Source: Sedimentisphaerales bacterium (GTDB taxonomy: Bacteria > Planctomycetota > Phycisphaerae > Sedimentisphaerales > SM23-30). Taken from it: a stretch of DNA of 64,000 nt. Numbering within the stretch: position 1 is the stretch's first letter; each line of letters starts with the position of its first letter. The notes below the pieces were generated by a model. The model had not been told where the DNA came from. It saw only the letters and a program-made list of their open reading frames with translations, and did no database searches. Made by a program: the position numbers and the translations under genes. The stretch is taken from positions 1-64,000 of the forward strand of contig CAXXFK010000041.1 of the NCBI GenBank assembly GCA_963663965.2. The letters run 5' to 3'. Below are positions 1 to 9,839 of the stretch, piece by piece.

Positions 1-224
1 ATTTAAAATTATACTCGTGATATGACACCTTAATATATATAAATATATATAATCGTTGGGTTTGATTCAATTTCGCTCTGGTCAGAAGTTTAGGGTCAAT
101 ATTAAGTAAATTGCTTAAAATGTCGATTTCTTCTTGTATTTGATGTGATGATCATTTAATGTTTGATAACTCGATCCCCTCCTAAGGTAAGTGTGTTTTA
201 TATAGTTTTTATAAGGAGTTCCCT

Positions 225-524
225 ATGTTGCATGAACCTGCAAAGCCCGTGAAAGACGATCCGTCCTCGTCATACAAAGCTGCCGTTGGTGTTTTTATGT
301 TTATTGGCTATGCCCTGATTTATGGGGGATTTGTAGCGATCAATGTGGCTAATCCGACAGTGATGGAAAGAATCGTTTTTGCCGGCCTGAATCTGGCCGT
401 CGTTTACGGCATCGGGCTGATCGTTTTTGCGTTGATTCTGGCAGTCATTTATAATCACATGTGTACCGCAAAAGAAAAAGAACTCAATAAATTGTCTGGC
501 CAGAATAAGGAGGTGAAGGCATGA
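225..524 (+). CDS. DUF485-family small membrane protein (partner of ActP-type symporters)
   Basis: 99 aa with two TM segments, AAGGAG SD upstream, ATGA overlap with downstream SSS transporter; classic yjcH-actP arrangement. Confidence 0.8.
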   Translation: MLHEPAKPVKDDPSSSYKAAVGVFMFIGYALIYGGFVAINVANPTVMERIVFAGLNLAVVYGIGLIVFALILAVIYNHMCTAKEKELNKLSGQNKEVKA

Positions 525-2457
525 TGGTACTCGCGCAAGTTCAACCGATGGCTATTGTCATTTTCCTGATTTTTGTTGGCATGGTACTGGGGCTTTCATT
601 TATTTCGCTTCCAAAACCCGCTCCGCCAGTGGCTATTTTGCCGCAGGGGGCGAAATTCACTGGGCCGTGAACGGCATTTCATTTGCAGGGGATTATCTTT
701 CCGCCGCCTCGTTCCTGGGTATTTGTGGTTTGATTGCCACAGTGGGTTATGATGGATTCCTCTATTCGATTGGCTATCTGGCTGGCTGGATTGTTGCACT
801 GTTCGTTGTGGCCGAACCGATGAAACGGCTGGGCAAATATACCTTTACAGACGCTCTGGATTCCAAGTTCAACCATAAAGGCATTCAGCTTGCCGCCGCC
901 ATCAGCACTTTGGCGGTTTCCATCTTCTATCTGATTCCCCAGATGGTGGGTGCCGGTGTGCTGGTGACCCCCTTGCTGGGCTTGCCTCACTGGATGGGTG
1001 TGGTAATGGTCGGGGCGATTGTAATCACGATTGTCGCAACCGCCGGAATGACGTCAACAACCTATGTTCAGTTTCTCAAGGGCGGTTTGTTGATATTATT
1101 TTCCGTTATTCTAGTGATTGTTGCCTGTATACGCGGTCTGTCTACCACCCCGGATCAGGGTGGTAAAGTCGATTTCTACCCGTATCGAACTCTTCCGGCA
1201 GTAGTGGAGGGTGACACTGTCAAAGTGGCCAATGATGATACCTGGCAGTTTTTGAGCAAAGTCGATCTTGAAGGCAAGGCACATCAATCGTTTGTAAAAA
1301 TGAGTCAGAATGATCTGGTAACCTGGTTCCATCTGGTTAACAAGGATAATGCCTCCACGTTGGAAGAAATCCAGTATGTGGCTAAAAGGGCCGATGGCAG
1401 CCAGATTGTCAATGGTAAACCCTTTGACGCGGAAACAAATGCACTTCGACCGGTAGGCAATATGGAAGTGATTGACGGAAAAACCGGCAAAGAAGCGGAA
1501 ATCGCTCCCGTTGGACCTTTAAAAATTCTTTCTTTGATCGGCAGCCCGGATACCGTGGTCAGACGTTGGTCTACGGCTTCATTTTCTGAGGGAGAAGACC
1601 AGGTGACCGCTTATTACCCGGTCTTTACTACCGGCAACAAGATCATGCGGCCTGGTCTGAAATTTAAAGTAGAAGGATCCAGGGTTGACAAGCTTAATTT
1701 TATCTCCCTGATGCTGGCCCTGTTCTGCGGTACTGCGGCGCTGCCACATATCCTGATACGGTATTATACCGTGCCCAGTCCGGCTTGTGCCCGCAAATCC
1801 ACGATTGTTGCGATTGCTGCCATTGGATTTTTCTATGTCCTGACCTTGTACATGGGGCTTGGTGCCATGGTCAGCAATACGATCAATCTGGAAAGTAACA
1901 ACATGTCCGCTCCCTTGCTGGCGCGTTCCTTTGGCGTCTTTTTATTCGCGGTGATATCGGCGATTGCCTTTGCCACCGTTCTGGGTACGGTGAGCGGTTT
2001 AATCGTGGCGGCCTCCGGCGCAGTGGCACACGACCTGATGGACCGGTTCGGCAATATGAATATGACTGACAAGCAAAAAGTAATGGCAGGCAAGATTGCC
2101 GCTTTTTCTGTCGGGATTATTGCGATCATCCTGGGAATCCTCTTCAAAGGCATGAATGTTTCCTTCCTGGTTGGCTGGGCCTTTGCCGTGGCCGCTTCGG
2201 CCAATTTACCCGCGATTATCATGCTGTTGTTCTGGAAGAAAACCACTGCCCAGGGTATTACTGCTTCCATCATCGTAGGTATTATCACGGCCATTGGCAT
2301 TATTCTGCTTTCTCCCTCCATGTTCCAGAAATATGGCATGGATCCTTCTGAAGCCATTATCCCATTGGATAATCCTGGTATCGTTTCGATTCCTTTGAGC
2401 TTCATCACCCTGGTGTTTGTTTCTCTCATAACTGCGAAAAAAGAAAATCAGGCTTAA
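521..2457 (+). CDS. actP: Cation/acetate symporter, sodium:solute symporter family (frameshift at ~599-601; ~645 aa if repaired)
   Basis: ATG at 521 after GGAGG reads MMVLAQ...GLSF. Adding one T in the TTT run joins it to YFASKTRSASGYFAAGGEIHWAVNGISFAGDYLSAASFLG; GTAALPHILIRYYTV motif present. Confidence 0.8.
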
Positions 2458-2478
2458 ATTTATACTGAATCGACCCTT

Positions 2479-2513
2479 AACGGCTTGTCATTTTGCGGCA
2501 AGCCGTTTTTTTT
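2479..2513 (+). terminator. Rho-independent terminator
   Basis: AACGGCTTG...CAAGCCGTT stem followed by T-run. Confidence 0.85.
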
Positions 2514-2551
2514 ATGGCTTTACGACCTCTGAATCATCCTGAAAAGCGTAC

Positions 2552-2579
2552 TTGCAATTTTATAAATCCAAGGTAAACT
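2552..2579 (+). promoter_or_regulatory. Putative sigma70 promoter of serS
   Basis: TTGCAA-16 nt-TAAACT. Confidence 0.45.
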
Positions 2580-2706
2580 GACTCACTGATTCCATGGGAA
2601 CACCCTGGTGAAATATCCCGGGATCAAAGGGCGCCCAGTCTGGCCGCTATACTTGTAACGATTTATAATATAATTAGTTAAACGAAATTAAACTGAAGGC
2701 TATTCC

Positions 2707-3975
2707 ATGATTGATCTCAAAAAGCTTCGCGAAAATCCCGAACTTTTCAAAGCGGGTTGTCAGGCCAAGGGCTATAACACCGATGTGGATGCGATTTTGG
2801 AGCTGGATCAGCGTATTCGGTCCTTAAAACAGGAACTCCAGGAAATCGTAACCGAAAAGAATAAAGCCGGTAAAACGATCGGTTCAATCAAGGATCCCAA
2901 TGAACGCCAGCAGGCCATTGAGGCGTTGAATCAGAAAAAAATCCGCGAAAAAGAGATTGCCGCCCTTCTGGAAGAGCTTGATCCCCAACTGAATGAAGCT
3001 TTGCTCAAAATGCCCCAGCCGGCCCATCCCGATGCCCCGGTTGGTCCCGATGCCAGCGGCAATGTCGAAGTACGGCGCTGGGGTGCCATTCCGCAATTCG
3101 ATTTTGAACCCAAAGACCACGTTGAACTGATGCAACAGCATGGCCTGGTCGATTTTGAACGCGGCGTCAAACTCAGCGGTAGCCGATTCTATGTCTTACT
3201 TGGCGATGGGGCGCTCTTGCACCGGGCCATTCTCAGTCTGGCCCATGATCGCATGGTCCAGAAGGGTTTTGTTCCCATGACCGTTCCGGTAATCACCCGC
3301 GAACAGACCTTCATGGGTACCGGCTGGTTCCCCGAAGGCAAAAGCCAGGTCTATCAGATACCCGAAGATGAACTTTTCCTGGTCGGCACCGCGGAAGTCC
3401 CCGCTACCAGTTTCTATATGGATGAAATCCTCAATGAGGAAGATCTTCCCCAAAAATTCGTGGCCCAGTCGCTCTGCTTCCGCCGTGAAGCCGGCGCCGC
3501 CGGCAAAGATACTGCCGGACTTTATCGGATTCACCAGTTCGAAAAAGTCGAACAGGTCATTGTCTGTAAGGCGGATATGGAGGAAGTTGAAAAATGGCAT
3601 CAGCATATCGTTGCCAATGCCGAAGAAGTCCTGCGTGAACTTGGCCTGCCCCATCGCGTGCTGGAAATTTGCACCGGTGACATGGGTATGGCGAAATACC
3701 GCATGTACGATATCGAAACCTGGATGCCCAGCCGGGGTGATTATTGCGAAACCCACTCGGCCAGTAATCTGCTGGATTTCCAGGCGCGGCGTCTTGGCTT
3801 GCGTTATCGCGATGCCGATCGCAAAGTGCAGTTCTGCTACTCGCTGAATAATACTGTTATCGCCTCACCGCGGATCCTGATCCCTTTAATAGAACTGAAC
3901 CAGAATGCTGATGGCACTATCAATATTCCGATAGCCCTGCAACCCTACATGAATGGAAAAACCCGCATTGGATAA
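2707..3975 (+). CDS. serS: Serine--tRNA ligase
   Basis: N-terminal coiled coil; GTAEVP, CFRREAG, LYRIHQFEKVE, YDIETWMP, SASNLLDFQARR motifs. Confidence 0.97.
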   Translation: MIDLKKLRENPELFKAGCQAKGYNTDVDAILELDQRIRSLKQELQEIVTEKNKAGKTIGSIKDPNERQQAIEALNQKKIREKEIAALLEELDPQLNEALLKMPQPAHPDAPVGPDASGNVEVRRWGAIPQFDFEPKDHVELMQQHGLVDFERGVKLSGSRFYVLLGDGALLHRAILSLAHDRMVQKGFVPMTVPVITREQTFMGTGWFPEGKSQVYQIPEDELFLVGTAEVPATSFYMDEILNEEDLPQKFVAQSLCFRREAGAAGKDTAGLYRIHQFEKVEQVIVCKADMEEVEKWHQHIVANAEEVLRELGLPHRVLEICTGDMGMAKYRMYDIETWMPSRGDYCETHSASNLLDFQARRLGLRYRDADRKVQFCYSLNNTVIASPRILIPLIELNQNADGTINIPIALQPYMNGKTRIG

Positions 3976-4126
3976 ATAAGTATTGCTCTTTCAAGTTAAC
4001 CCGTACTGATAAGCAAACACATTTTTGAGATAGAAGAAATTAAGCATTGTTTCTCCTGGATTCAAACAAGGCATCTAAACAGCCTTAGTGTTCAGGATTA
4101 ATGATTCTCAGAAAGGCTATAGTTTT

Positions 4127-5155
4127 ATGATAGTCGTAATGACTCCTGATTCCACCAAAGATGATCTGAACCACGTGGTTCAGTTAGTCGAAGAAATGGG
4201 CCTGACCAGCCATATCATTTATGGTACCAACCGTACCGTAATTGCCGCCGTTGGCGACAAACGTGGGGTAGATAAAGGTGCCATTGAAAATTGTTCTGGT
4301 GTGGAAAAAATCGTCCCCATCCTCTCTCCCTATAAAGTCGCTAGCAAAGAAGTCAAACAGGAACCCACCGAAATCGCGCTTCAGAGTGGGGGGGCAAGGC
4401 TGGGCGGCAAAGGCATCGGAATCATAGCCGGACCCTGTAGTATAGAAGACCGTGTCAAGCTGATCGAAGTGGCCCATCAACTCAAGGAAGCCGGCGCTAT
4501 CGGGCTGCGTGGTGGCGCGTTCAAACCCCGTACCAGCCCCTATAGTTTCCAGGGACTGGCCGAAAAAGGTCTGGAATACCTTGCTGATGCGCGCGAGGCA
4601 ACCGGCCTGGCTGTTGTTACTGAAGTCATGACCATTGGCCACGTCGATCTCGTGGGACGTTATGCCGATGTACTGCAGATAGGCGCCCGTAATATGCAAA
4701 ACTTTATGTTGCTCCGGGCCGTGGGCGAGCAACCCAAACCCGTTCTGCTCAAACGTGGTATGAGTGCGACCATGGAAGAATTCCTGCTGGCCGCCGAATA
4801 TATCATTAATGCCGGTAATCCCAACGTCATATTATGTGAGCGGGGTATTCGCACCTACGAAGAATACTGCCGCAATACCCTGGCGCTCACCATCGTGCCG
4901 GCCATCAAGCGGGTCAGTCATCTCCCGATAATTGTCGATCCCACTCATGGTACCGGTCATGCCTATCTGGTCGAGGCGATGAGTCTGGCGGCCATCGCCG
5001 CAGGCGCCGATGGTCTGATAATTGAAGTCCATCATGATCCCGAACATGCCAGTTCCGATCCCGGCCAGCAGATTATGCCCAACCAGTTTATTGAGCTCAT
5101 GAACAAAGTTCGCAAAGTGGCTCAGGCCATTGACCGTACGGTGGTCTCGGATTGA
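4127..5155 (+). CDS. aroF: 3-deoxy-7-phosphoheptulonate (DAHP) synthase type I-beta with N-terminal regulatory domain
   Basis: [42 protein letters not shown] motifs; ATG 4127 after AAAGG. Confidence 0.93.
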   Translation: MIVVMTPDSTKDDLNHVVQLVEEMGLTSHIIYGTNRTVIAAVGDKRGVDKGAIENCSGVEKIVPILSPYKVASKEVKQEPTEIALQSGGARLGGKGIGIIAGPCSIEDRVKLIEVAHQLKEAGAIGLRGGAFKPRTSPYSFQGLAEKGLEYLADAREATGLAVVTEVMTIGHVDLVGRYADVLQIGARNMQNFMLLRAVGEQPKPVLLKRGMSATMEEFLLAAEYIINAGNPNVILCERGIRTYEEYCRNTLALTIVPAIKRVSHLPIIVDPTHGTGHAYLVEAMSLAAIAAGADGLIIEVHHDPEHASSDPGQQIMPNQFIELMNKVRKVAQAIDRTVVSD

Positions 5156-5475
5156 TCATCTGTTCAGTTTAAAACGGAAATTTCAGGCTTAGATGATGGC
5201 AAGAAGGGTAGGGTTAAACCTTCTCTAGCGGCATAACTACTCGCCATGATTAATACAATTATCTGTGGGCGTACCAAATGTCTCGATTTTATACCGTTTA
5301 TTCCGATCAGGTAATTTAATATCTTATATCGATGTTAATTTTAGTCCGATTTAGGACCATTCCCATTTTGATCTGTTTTTCCTGTATTGCATAATTGAGA
5401 TAATTATGAAGGAGCCGGAATCTGTCTTGTAATCAGCAGGTATCAGACCGGTTTATAGAATGATCGCAAAACATT

Positions 5476-6027
5476 ATGGACAATCTGTATCAACGCAACA
5501 TAACCAGGCGCGGCGCCAGGAAGAAAGCCATCGCCGGCGCCGCCGCCGCCCTCGAACTGGGCCGGAACACCGGGCTGTTCAAACTGATCAGCCTGTGTGA
5601 CGATACGGACCCCGAAGTTCGAATCAGTGCCATCAAAACACTGGCTCAACATCGGGGAAATGATGCGATCCAGACCATTAAACATCGAATCAACGACTCT
5701 TCCGCCAAGGTCAGAACCGCCGCCTGTAAAGCATTGGGTGAATTACGCGTTCATCAAGCCAAAATTCAACTCTACGACGCTCTGAATGACAGAGATCACA
5801 TGGTTTCATGCACCGCTGCCGAAGCCCTCGCCTTTATGGGCGACAATATGGGCCTGAATACCGTCAAAAAACTAATCATTCAACCCGGCCCGCATCGTTG
5901 GACCGCTCTTCGTACTCTGAACAAACTCACCGGCCGTGATTATCCCATCAACGAAAATGGCCTGCAGAAAGCGATCGATTGGGTCAGTCCCCCTAAAAAG
6001 AAATTCGTTCTCTTTAGTATCCGCTGA
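5476..6027 (+). CDS. HEAT-repeat protein
   Basis: Three repeats of L-D-x-D-x-x-V-R-x-x-A-x-x-A-L type. Confidence 0.75.
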   Translation: MDNLYQRNITRRGARKKAIAGAAAALELGRNTGLFKLISLCDDTDPEVRISAIKTLAQHRGNDAIQTIKHRINDSSAKVRTAACKALGELRVHQAKIQLYDALNDRDHMVSCTAAEALAFMGDNMGLNTVKKLIIQPGPHRWTALRTLNKLTGRDYPINENGLQKAIDWVSPPKKKFVLFSIR

Positions 6028-6120
6028 TATTAAAATCCCGGTCTATTCATCTGGTTATCTGCGCAAACGTATTAATGTCTCAATTGGTCTTGAGCGGATT
6101 TATAACACATTATAATTATG

Positions 6121-6149
6121 TTGACAAAATCCAGAACTGTTTGTATACA
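6121..6149 (+). promoter_or_regulatory. Putative sigma70 promoter of tRNA-Arg
   Basis: TTGACA-17 nt-TATACA. Confidence 0.5.
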
Positions 6150-6191
6150 AATAGCTTAAATTCAAAAGGTCGCTTCTGTGCCTTTTGTCCT

Positions 6192-6265
6192 GCGCCAGTA
6201 GCTCAGCTGGATAGAGCAACGGATTTCTAATCCGTAGGTCAGGGGTTCGAATCCCTTCTGGCGTA
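6192..6265 (+). tRNA. tRNA-Arg (anticodon TCT), CCA not encoded
   Basis: GCGCCAG acceptor stem pairs with CTGGCGT, D arm GCTCAGCTGGATAGAGC, anticodon arm ACGGA-TTTCTAA-TCCGT, T loop GTTCGAATC. Confidence 0.97.
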
Positions 6266-6271
6266 TTCTGT

Positions 6272-6312
6272 AAAGCCCTGAATCATAACCAGTTACGATT
6301 CATGGCTTTTTT
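6272..6312 (+). terminator. Hairpin/terminator after tRNA-Arg
   Basis: AAAGCC.TGAATC.TAAC / GTTA.GATTCA.GGCTTT followed by T-run. Confidence 0.65.
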
Positions 6313-6427
6313 CGTTGGCACTCAAAACAGGGGGTGCGCAACAGGTGCGCAACAGATTCTGGTCGATGGACTCGACCTTCACAGCGCGCGCACGGTCCAA
6401 AAGATCGGGGGATCAGGCCAGGTTATA
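6293..6427 (-). pseudogene. Possible C-terminal remnant of a tyrosine integrase
   Basis: Minus frame YNLA*SPDLLDRARAVKVESIDQNLLRTCCAP... ends at the tRNA 3' flank; resembles integrase tails as recalled, not verified. Confidence 0.3.
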
Positions 6428-6543
6428 GCTCCACTCTTACAAACGTTACTTCTGGTAATTTGGAAACTCAGAATAACATTCCAGTTTGATGCCTGAACGA
6501 TTGAATGAACGCTGGATTATCTGTCAATCAGAACTCGCCAGGG

Positions 6544-9321
6544 CTATTTCAAAACCTTGGTACACATCATCCACTGCCTTGACAGAATCGCAAAGTCGTT
6601 CAAATCAACACAGCAATCCTCGTTGATATCCGCTTCGAGGAATACGGTGCATTCAGGTGCATCGGGTATTTCATCTGCCGGAGTGATATCACTGGCTGGA
6701 TAAGGTAATCGGCCATCCCAACTAATGGTTAATTGAGTTGTCTGTCCACCACAGAGATAAGCGCTCTGATTGGACAATGTCATCCAGTCATGAAATTGCC
6801 ACAAGGATTCGGCATCCGGTTGGCCATAAGCATGGCCGAAACGGAAATTAGTCGCCCGGTATTCGCAACCAGTTTGATCGGATGGACCTGTCAAAGTAAA
6901 GGTGTGATATTCAGGATCCTGAGTATAAGGATATTGATGCACAAACCGGTATTGGCCCAGCAGTTTGGAATCGGCCCCCTCATCATAGACATCAAATGCC
7001 CCTACCAGAAATCCACCGGTAATGTCCGGAATATTAGTTTCTTTCAGGGTGCGGGTTACTACATTCCAACCAAACCGCGGCATGAGTACTCCGAACCGGG
7101 TAGTTGGCGTAACGATGCCAAAAGCCAGATCTACGGGCTGACCGGCTAGTTCATGGCCCTGTGGATAGGATAGCGGTGACCATTGTTTTTCAGTCGAATA
7201 AACTTCCAAATAAGTAATCTGGATATCACCATCATACCGATCTTTGATTTCATCGACTATTTGAATCTCCAGTTCTCCATCCTTGGTGTAGTAAGCCATT
7301 TTGGAAAGCTCAATTTCCTGCCAGTCGCAACTATTGCCTGCGAGCATCCCTTGCTTAACACCGTCAACATACAAAGTCGCGCCCGTTGGGGCAGTACCCA
7401 CAATCGCACCCGACCAGGGAATGCGATATCGTAATTTTACCTTATCCGAATCTTTGATCACATCGACTATGATCGACGCGTAAGCGCCGCTGTCACCATT
7501 GCCAATACGCAACGATCCGGTATCGCATCTATACAAGCCATCAGAAACCGAACCGCCGGCCTGATACGAATGGGTCTTTTGGTCTTCACCATAATCGAAT
7601 GCATCTGTTAGAACATACTCATCACGCCAGGCCACCGCCCGGTCGTTCCAGCCATGCTGAAGGTCGGTGGTATGCCAGCCAAACTGGACATCCCTTTCAC
7701 CCTCTACTTCGGCGGAAACCCCAAGCCAATAGACCAGCGGATTGGTTCGGGAGCCTTTTTGCACAAAGGCCGTCGCTTCGGGGATATCAATCTCATATTG
7801 CCAGATCCGCATATCCCACGACAGCGCCGCGGAGGTAAACGGATCCCAGAATGATTCTTCATAAGTCAGATTGGAAAATACTTTGGTCGTAAATTGATCG
7901 AAATCGCCCGACCACAGCGCCTTAAGGGGTTTGGACGCATCGTTATAAGGATCATCATCCGGATTCTTCGGATCGTCACCCACCGGGTCATCGCTGTAAA
8001 GGGTCAGATGAAATTTCTGTACGTGGCCCGGATTCAGATTCTTGGCCGAATCGCCCTTCCACGATCCCCATAGATAAATTTTAGTAATCGGTCCGGTCTG
8101 GATACAGCGAAAATCATCGGCCAGCAGACGATCGGTCTGGTCATAATTGTCAACGCGAATATCAGTGCCTAATCCCGATTCATAGGGGGGCTGGAGATAC
8201 TTGGTATTCTCACCATCCGGATAGGTAAAATTCACATCATCATAATGGATGCCGTTCCAATTCTGCAAAACAAACTCAGTGGTAATCGTCACATCCTTGC
8301 CATAATCGACCGGATGATCCGTCAGATCCCAGTCGACATGGATATCTGACCGGGTCAGGCTGGGGACATGGGTGTTGCTTTCTGTGATAACTGGATCATT
8401 GCCGGTCGGCCAGTCGATATCCGTCTTATAACCGAGGATATTGTAATCGGTCCACGCCGTATAATGCAAATCGGTGGCCGATTCCAGGTCATCCTGATGA
8501 ACCTTATAGGAACCGATCACCAACTGGGTCGGACCATCGTGTGGATCGATGGGACTATCCGTGGGCGACAGGGTGGCAATATGTTTGATAAACCAGTGGT
8601 TGGCTGCGAAATTAAAATACCAGCCGTTTCCCTCATCAAAACCGCCGGGATTGGGATTGGTGTAGCTGTCGTAAGTATAAGTCTGAAAATCGCCTCCATT
8701 GTCCCGATCAGAATCCGCAACAATCACTTCACCCGGATTGGTGGTCAAGACAGCAACCGTACCATCATCTCCCCATGCAGTAATAGCATGGCCTCCCGTG
8801 GGATTGCCATTGGCTGAAGTCCGTGGAATACTGATACTCAGACCAACCTGTCGATAATCCCGCAATTGATTGCCAATAAACTCGGCCCCGTTTGCGTTGG
8901 CCCATGGCACTTTTGATTTATTGCCATAAACTGTTACTACGGTATAAGGATTCGACGGCCAGACATTATTGGCAGAACCAAGCCACCAGGTAACAGCCGT
9001 ATCGATCCATCCCCCGTCAAGAGTGCCGTGGGTATCAGCTGGATCCAGACTGAGCCGCCACGTCAGAAAATCCAGATAAATATCCTCCGCACGTTCTTGA
9101 ATCGTGGCGCCATTGCCATAGCCGGCGCCCGCCAACAAATTCGATGCCGTTGCCAGCCAGCACGAGTTGTCGGTACCTGGCACCCCGTTGGCCAATCCCG
9201 GATTTCCAGAGATAAACTCCTTATCAACATCCGAAGCCGGCACTTTCTGCCAGTCAGCCCAAAGGGATACAGTGGATAAAGTAAATATGACGACCAGATA
9301 ATAACAATTAAATTTATTCAT
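6544..9321 (-). CDS. Secreted multidomain protein: N-terminal papain-fold (IdeS/Mac-like) cysteine peptidase domain, beta-sandwich domains, C-terminal dockerin-like motif
   Basis: Signal peptide; SCWLATASNLL, GHAITAWG, VADSD; tail DINEDCCVDLNDFAILSRQW; ATG 9321 after GGAGAGG (alternative start 9333). Confidence 0.7.
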   Translation of the reverse strand: MNKFNCYYLVVIFTLSTVSLWADWQKVPASDVDKEFISGNPGLANGVPGTDNSCWLATASNLLAGAGYGNGATIQERAEDIYLDFLTWRLSLDPADTHGTLDGGWIDTAVTWWLGSANNVWPSNPYTVVTVYGNKSKVPWANANGAEFIGNQLRDYRQVGLSISIPRTSANGNPTGGHAITAWGDDGTVAVLTTNPGEVIVADSDRDNGGDFQTYTYDSYTNPNPGGFDEGNGWYFNFAANHWFIKHIATLSPTDSPIDPHDGPTQLVIGSYKVHQDDLESATDLHYTAWTDYNILGYKTDIDWPTGNDPVITESNTHVPSLTRSDIHVDWDLTDHPVDYGKDVTITTEFVLQNWNGIHYDDVNFTYPDGENTKYLQPPYESGLGTDIRVDNYDQTDRLLADDFRCIQTGPITKIYLWGSWKGDSAKNLNPGHVQKFHLTLYSDDPVGDDPKNPDDDPYNDASKPLKALWSGDFDQFTTKVFSNLTYEESFWDPFTSAALSWDMRIWQYEIDIPEATAFVQKGSRTNPLVYWLGVSAEVEGERDVQFGWHTTDLQHGWNDRAVAWRDEYVLTDAFDYGEDQKTHSYQAGGSVSDGLYRCDTGSLRIGNGDSGAYASIIVDVIKDSDKVKLRYRIPWSGAIVGTAPTGATLYVDGVKQGMLAGNSCDWQEIELSKMAYYTKDGELEIQIVDEIKDRYDGDIQITYLEVYSTEKQWSPLSYPQGHELAGQPVDLAFGIVTPTTRFGVLMPRFGWNVVTRTLKETNIPDITGGFLVGAFDVYDEGADSKLLGQYRFVHQYPYTQDPEYHTFTLTGPSDQTGCEYRATNFRFGHAYGQPDAESLWQFHDWMTLSNQSAYLCGGQTTQLTISWDGRLPYPASDITPADEIPDAPECTVFLEADINEDCCVDLNDFAILSRQWMMCTKVLK

Positions 9322-9549
9322 ATTCCTCTCCATTGATCTTCACTGACGACCAGATCTTAATTTGTAACGTACATTTTATAACGCACTATTTTATTTATCA
9401 CTTTGAGATCATTATGTCAAGATAATTTAATTTATAAAATGGTTCCAACCTCTTTCGTCCTCGAACGATCCCTGTAGGTTTTATATTGATAAAACACAAA
9501 ATAATTATCAGTTAATCATTCGAATTTTCTTAGATATTAGTTAATCACT

Positions 9550-9810
9550 TTGGTGCCGGTCTTTTACACCGGCACTCGTGATGGGCATGACTGCATCTGT
9601 ATTGAACGTGAAGGCAATCGCTGTTGCCGCAAAGGTAAATGGAATATCGTCGCATTTGCGAACCAGCCCTGGGAACGGTATGATATCGAAGCGGATCGTT
9701 CCGAAACCCAAAACCTGGCGGCGACCTACCCGGCAATTGTGGCCGAACTGGAAGCAAAATATAACAGCTGGGCAGAAAAATGCCAGGTCAGACCGCCTTC
9801 TTATTGGTAG
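9550..9810 (+). pseudogene. Arylsulfatase C-terminal fragment
   Basis: EGNRCCRKGKWNIV...WERYDIEADRSETQNLAATYPAIVAELEAKYNSWA matches the sulfatase C-terminus; catalytic N-terminal part absent. Confidence 0.75.
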
Positions 9811-9839
9811 GATTAGAGGGGAAATTGAATCCAGTTATT

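Noticed and set aside
2586..2706. T-box or cobalamin riboswitch before serS
   Set aside because: Leader too short, no GGTGGNACCGCG T-box and no B12 box
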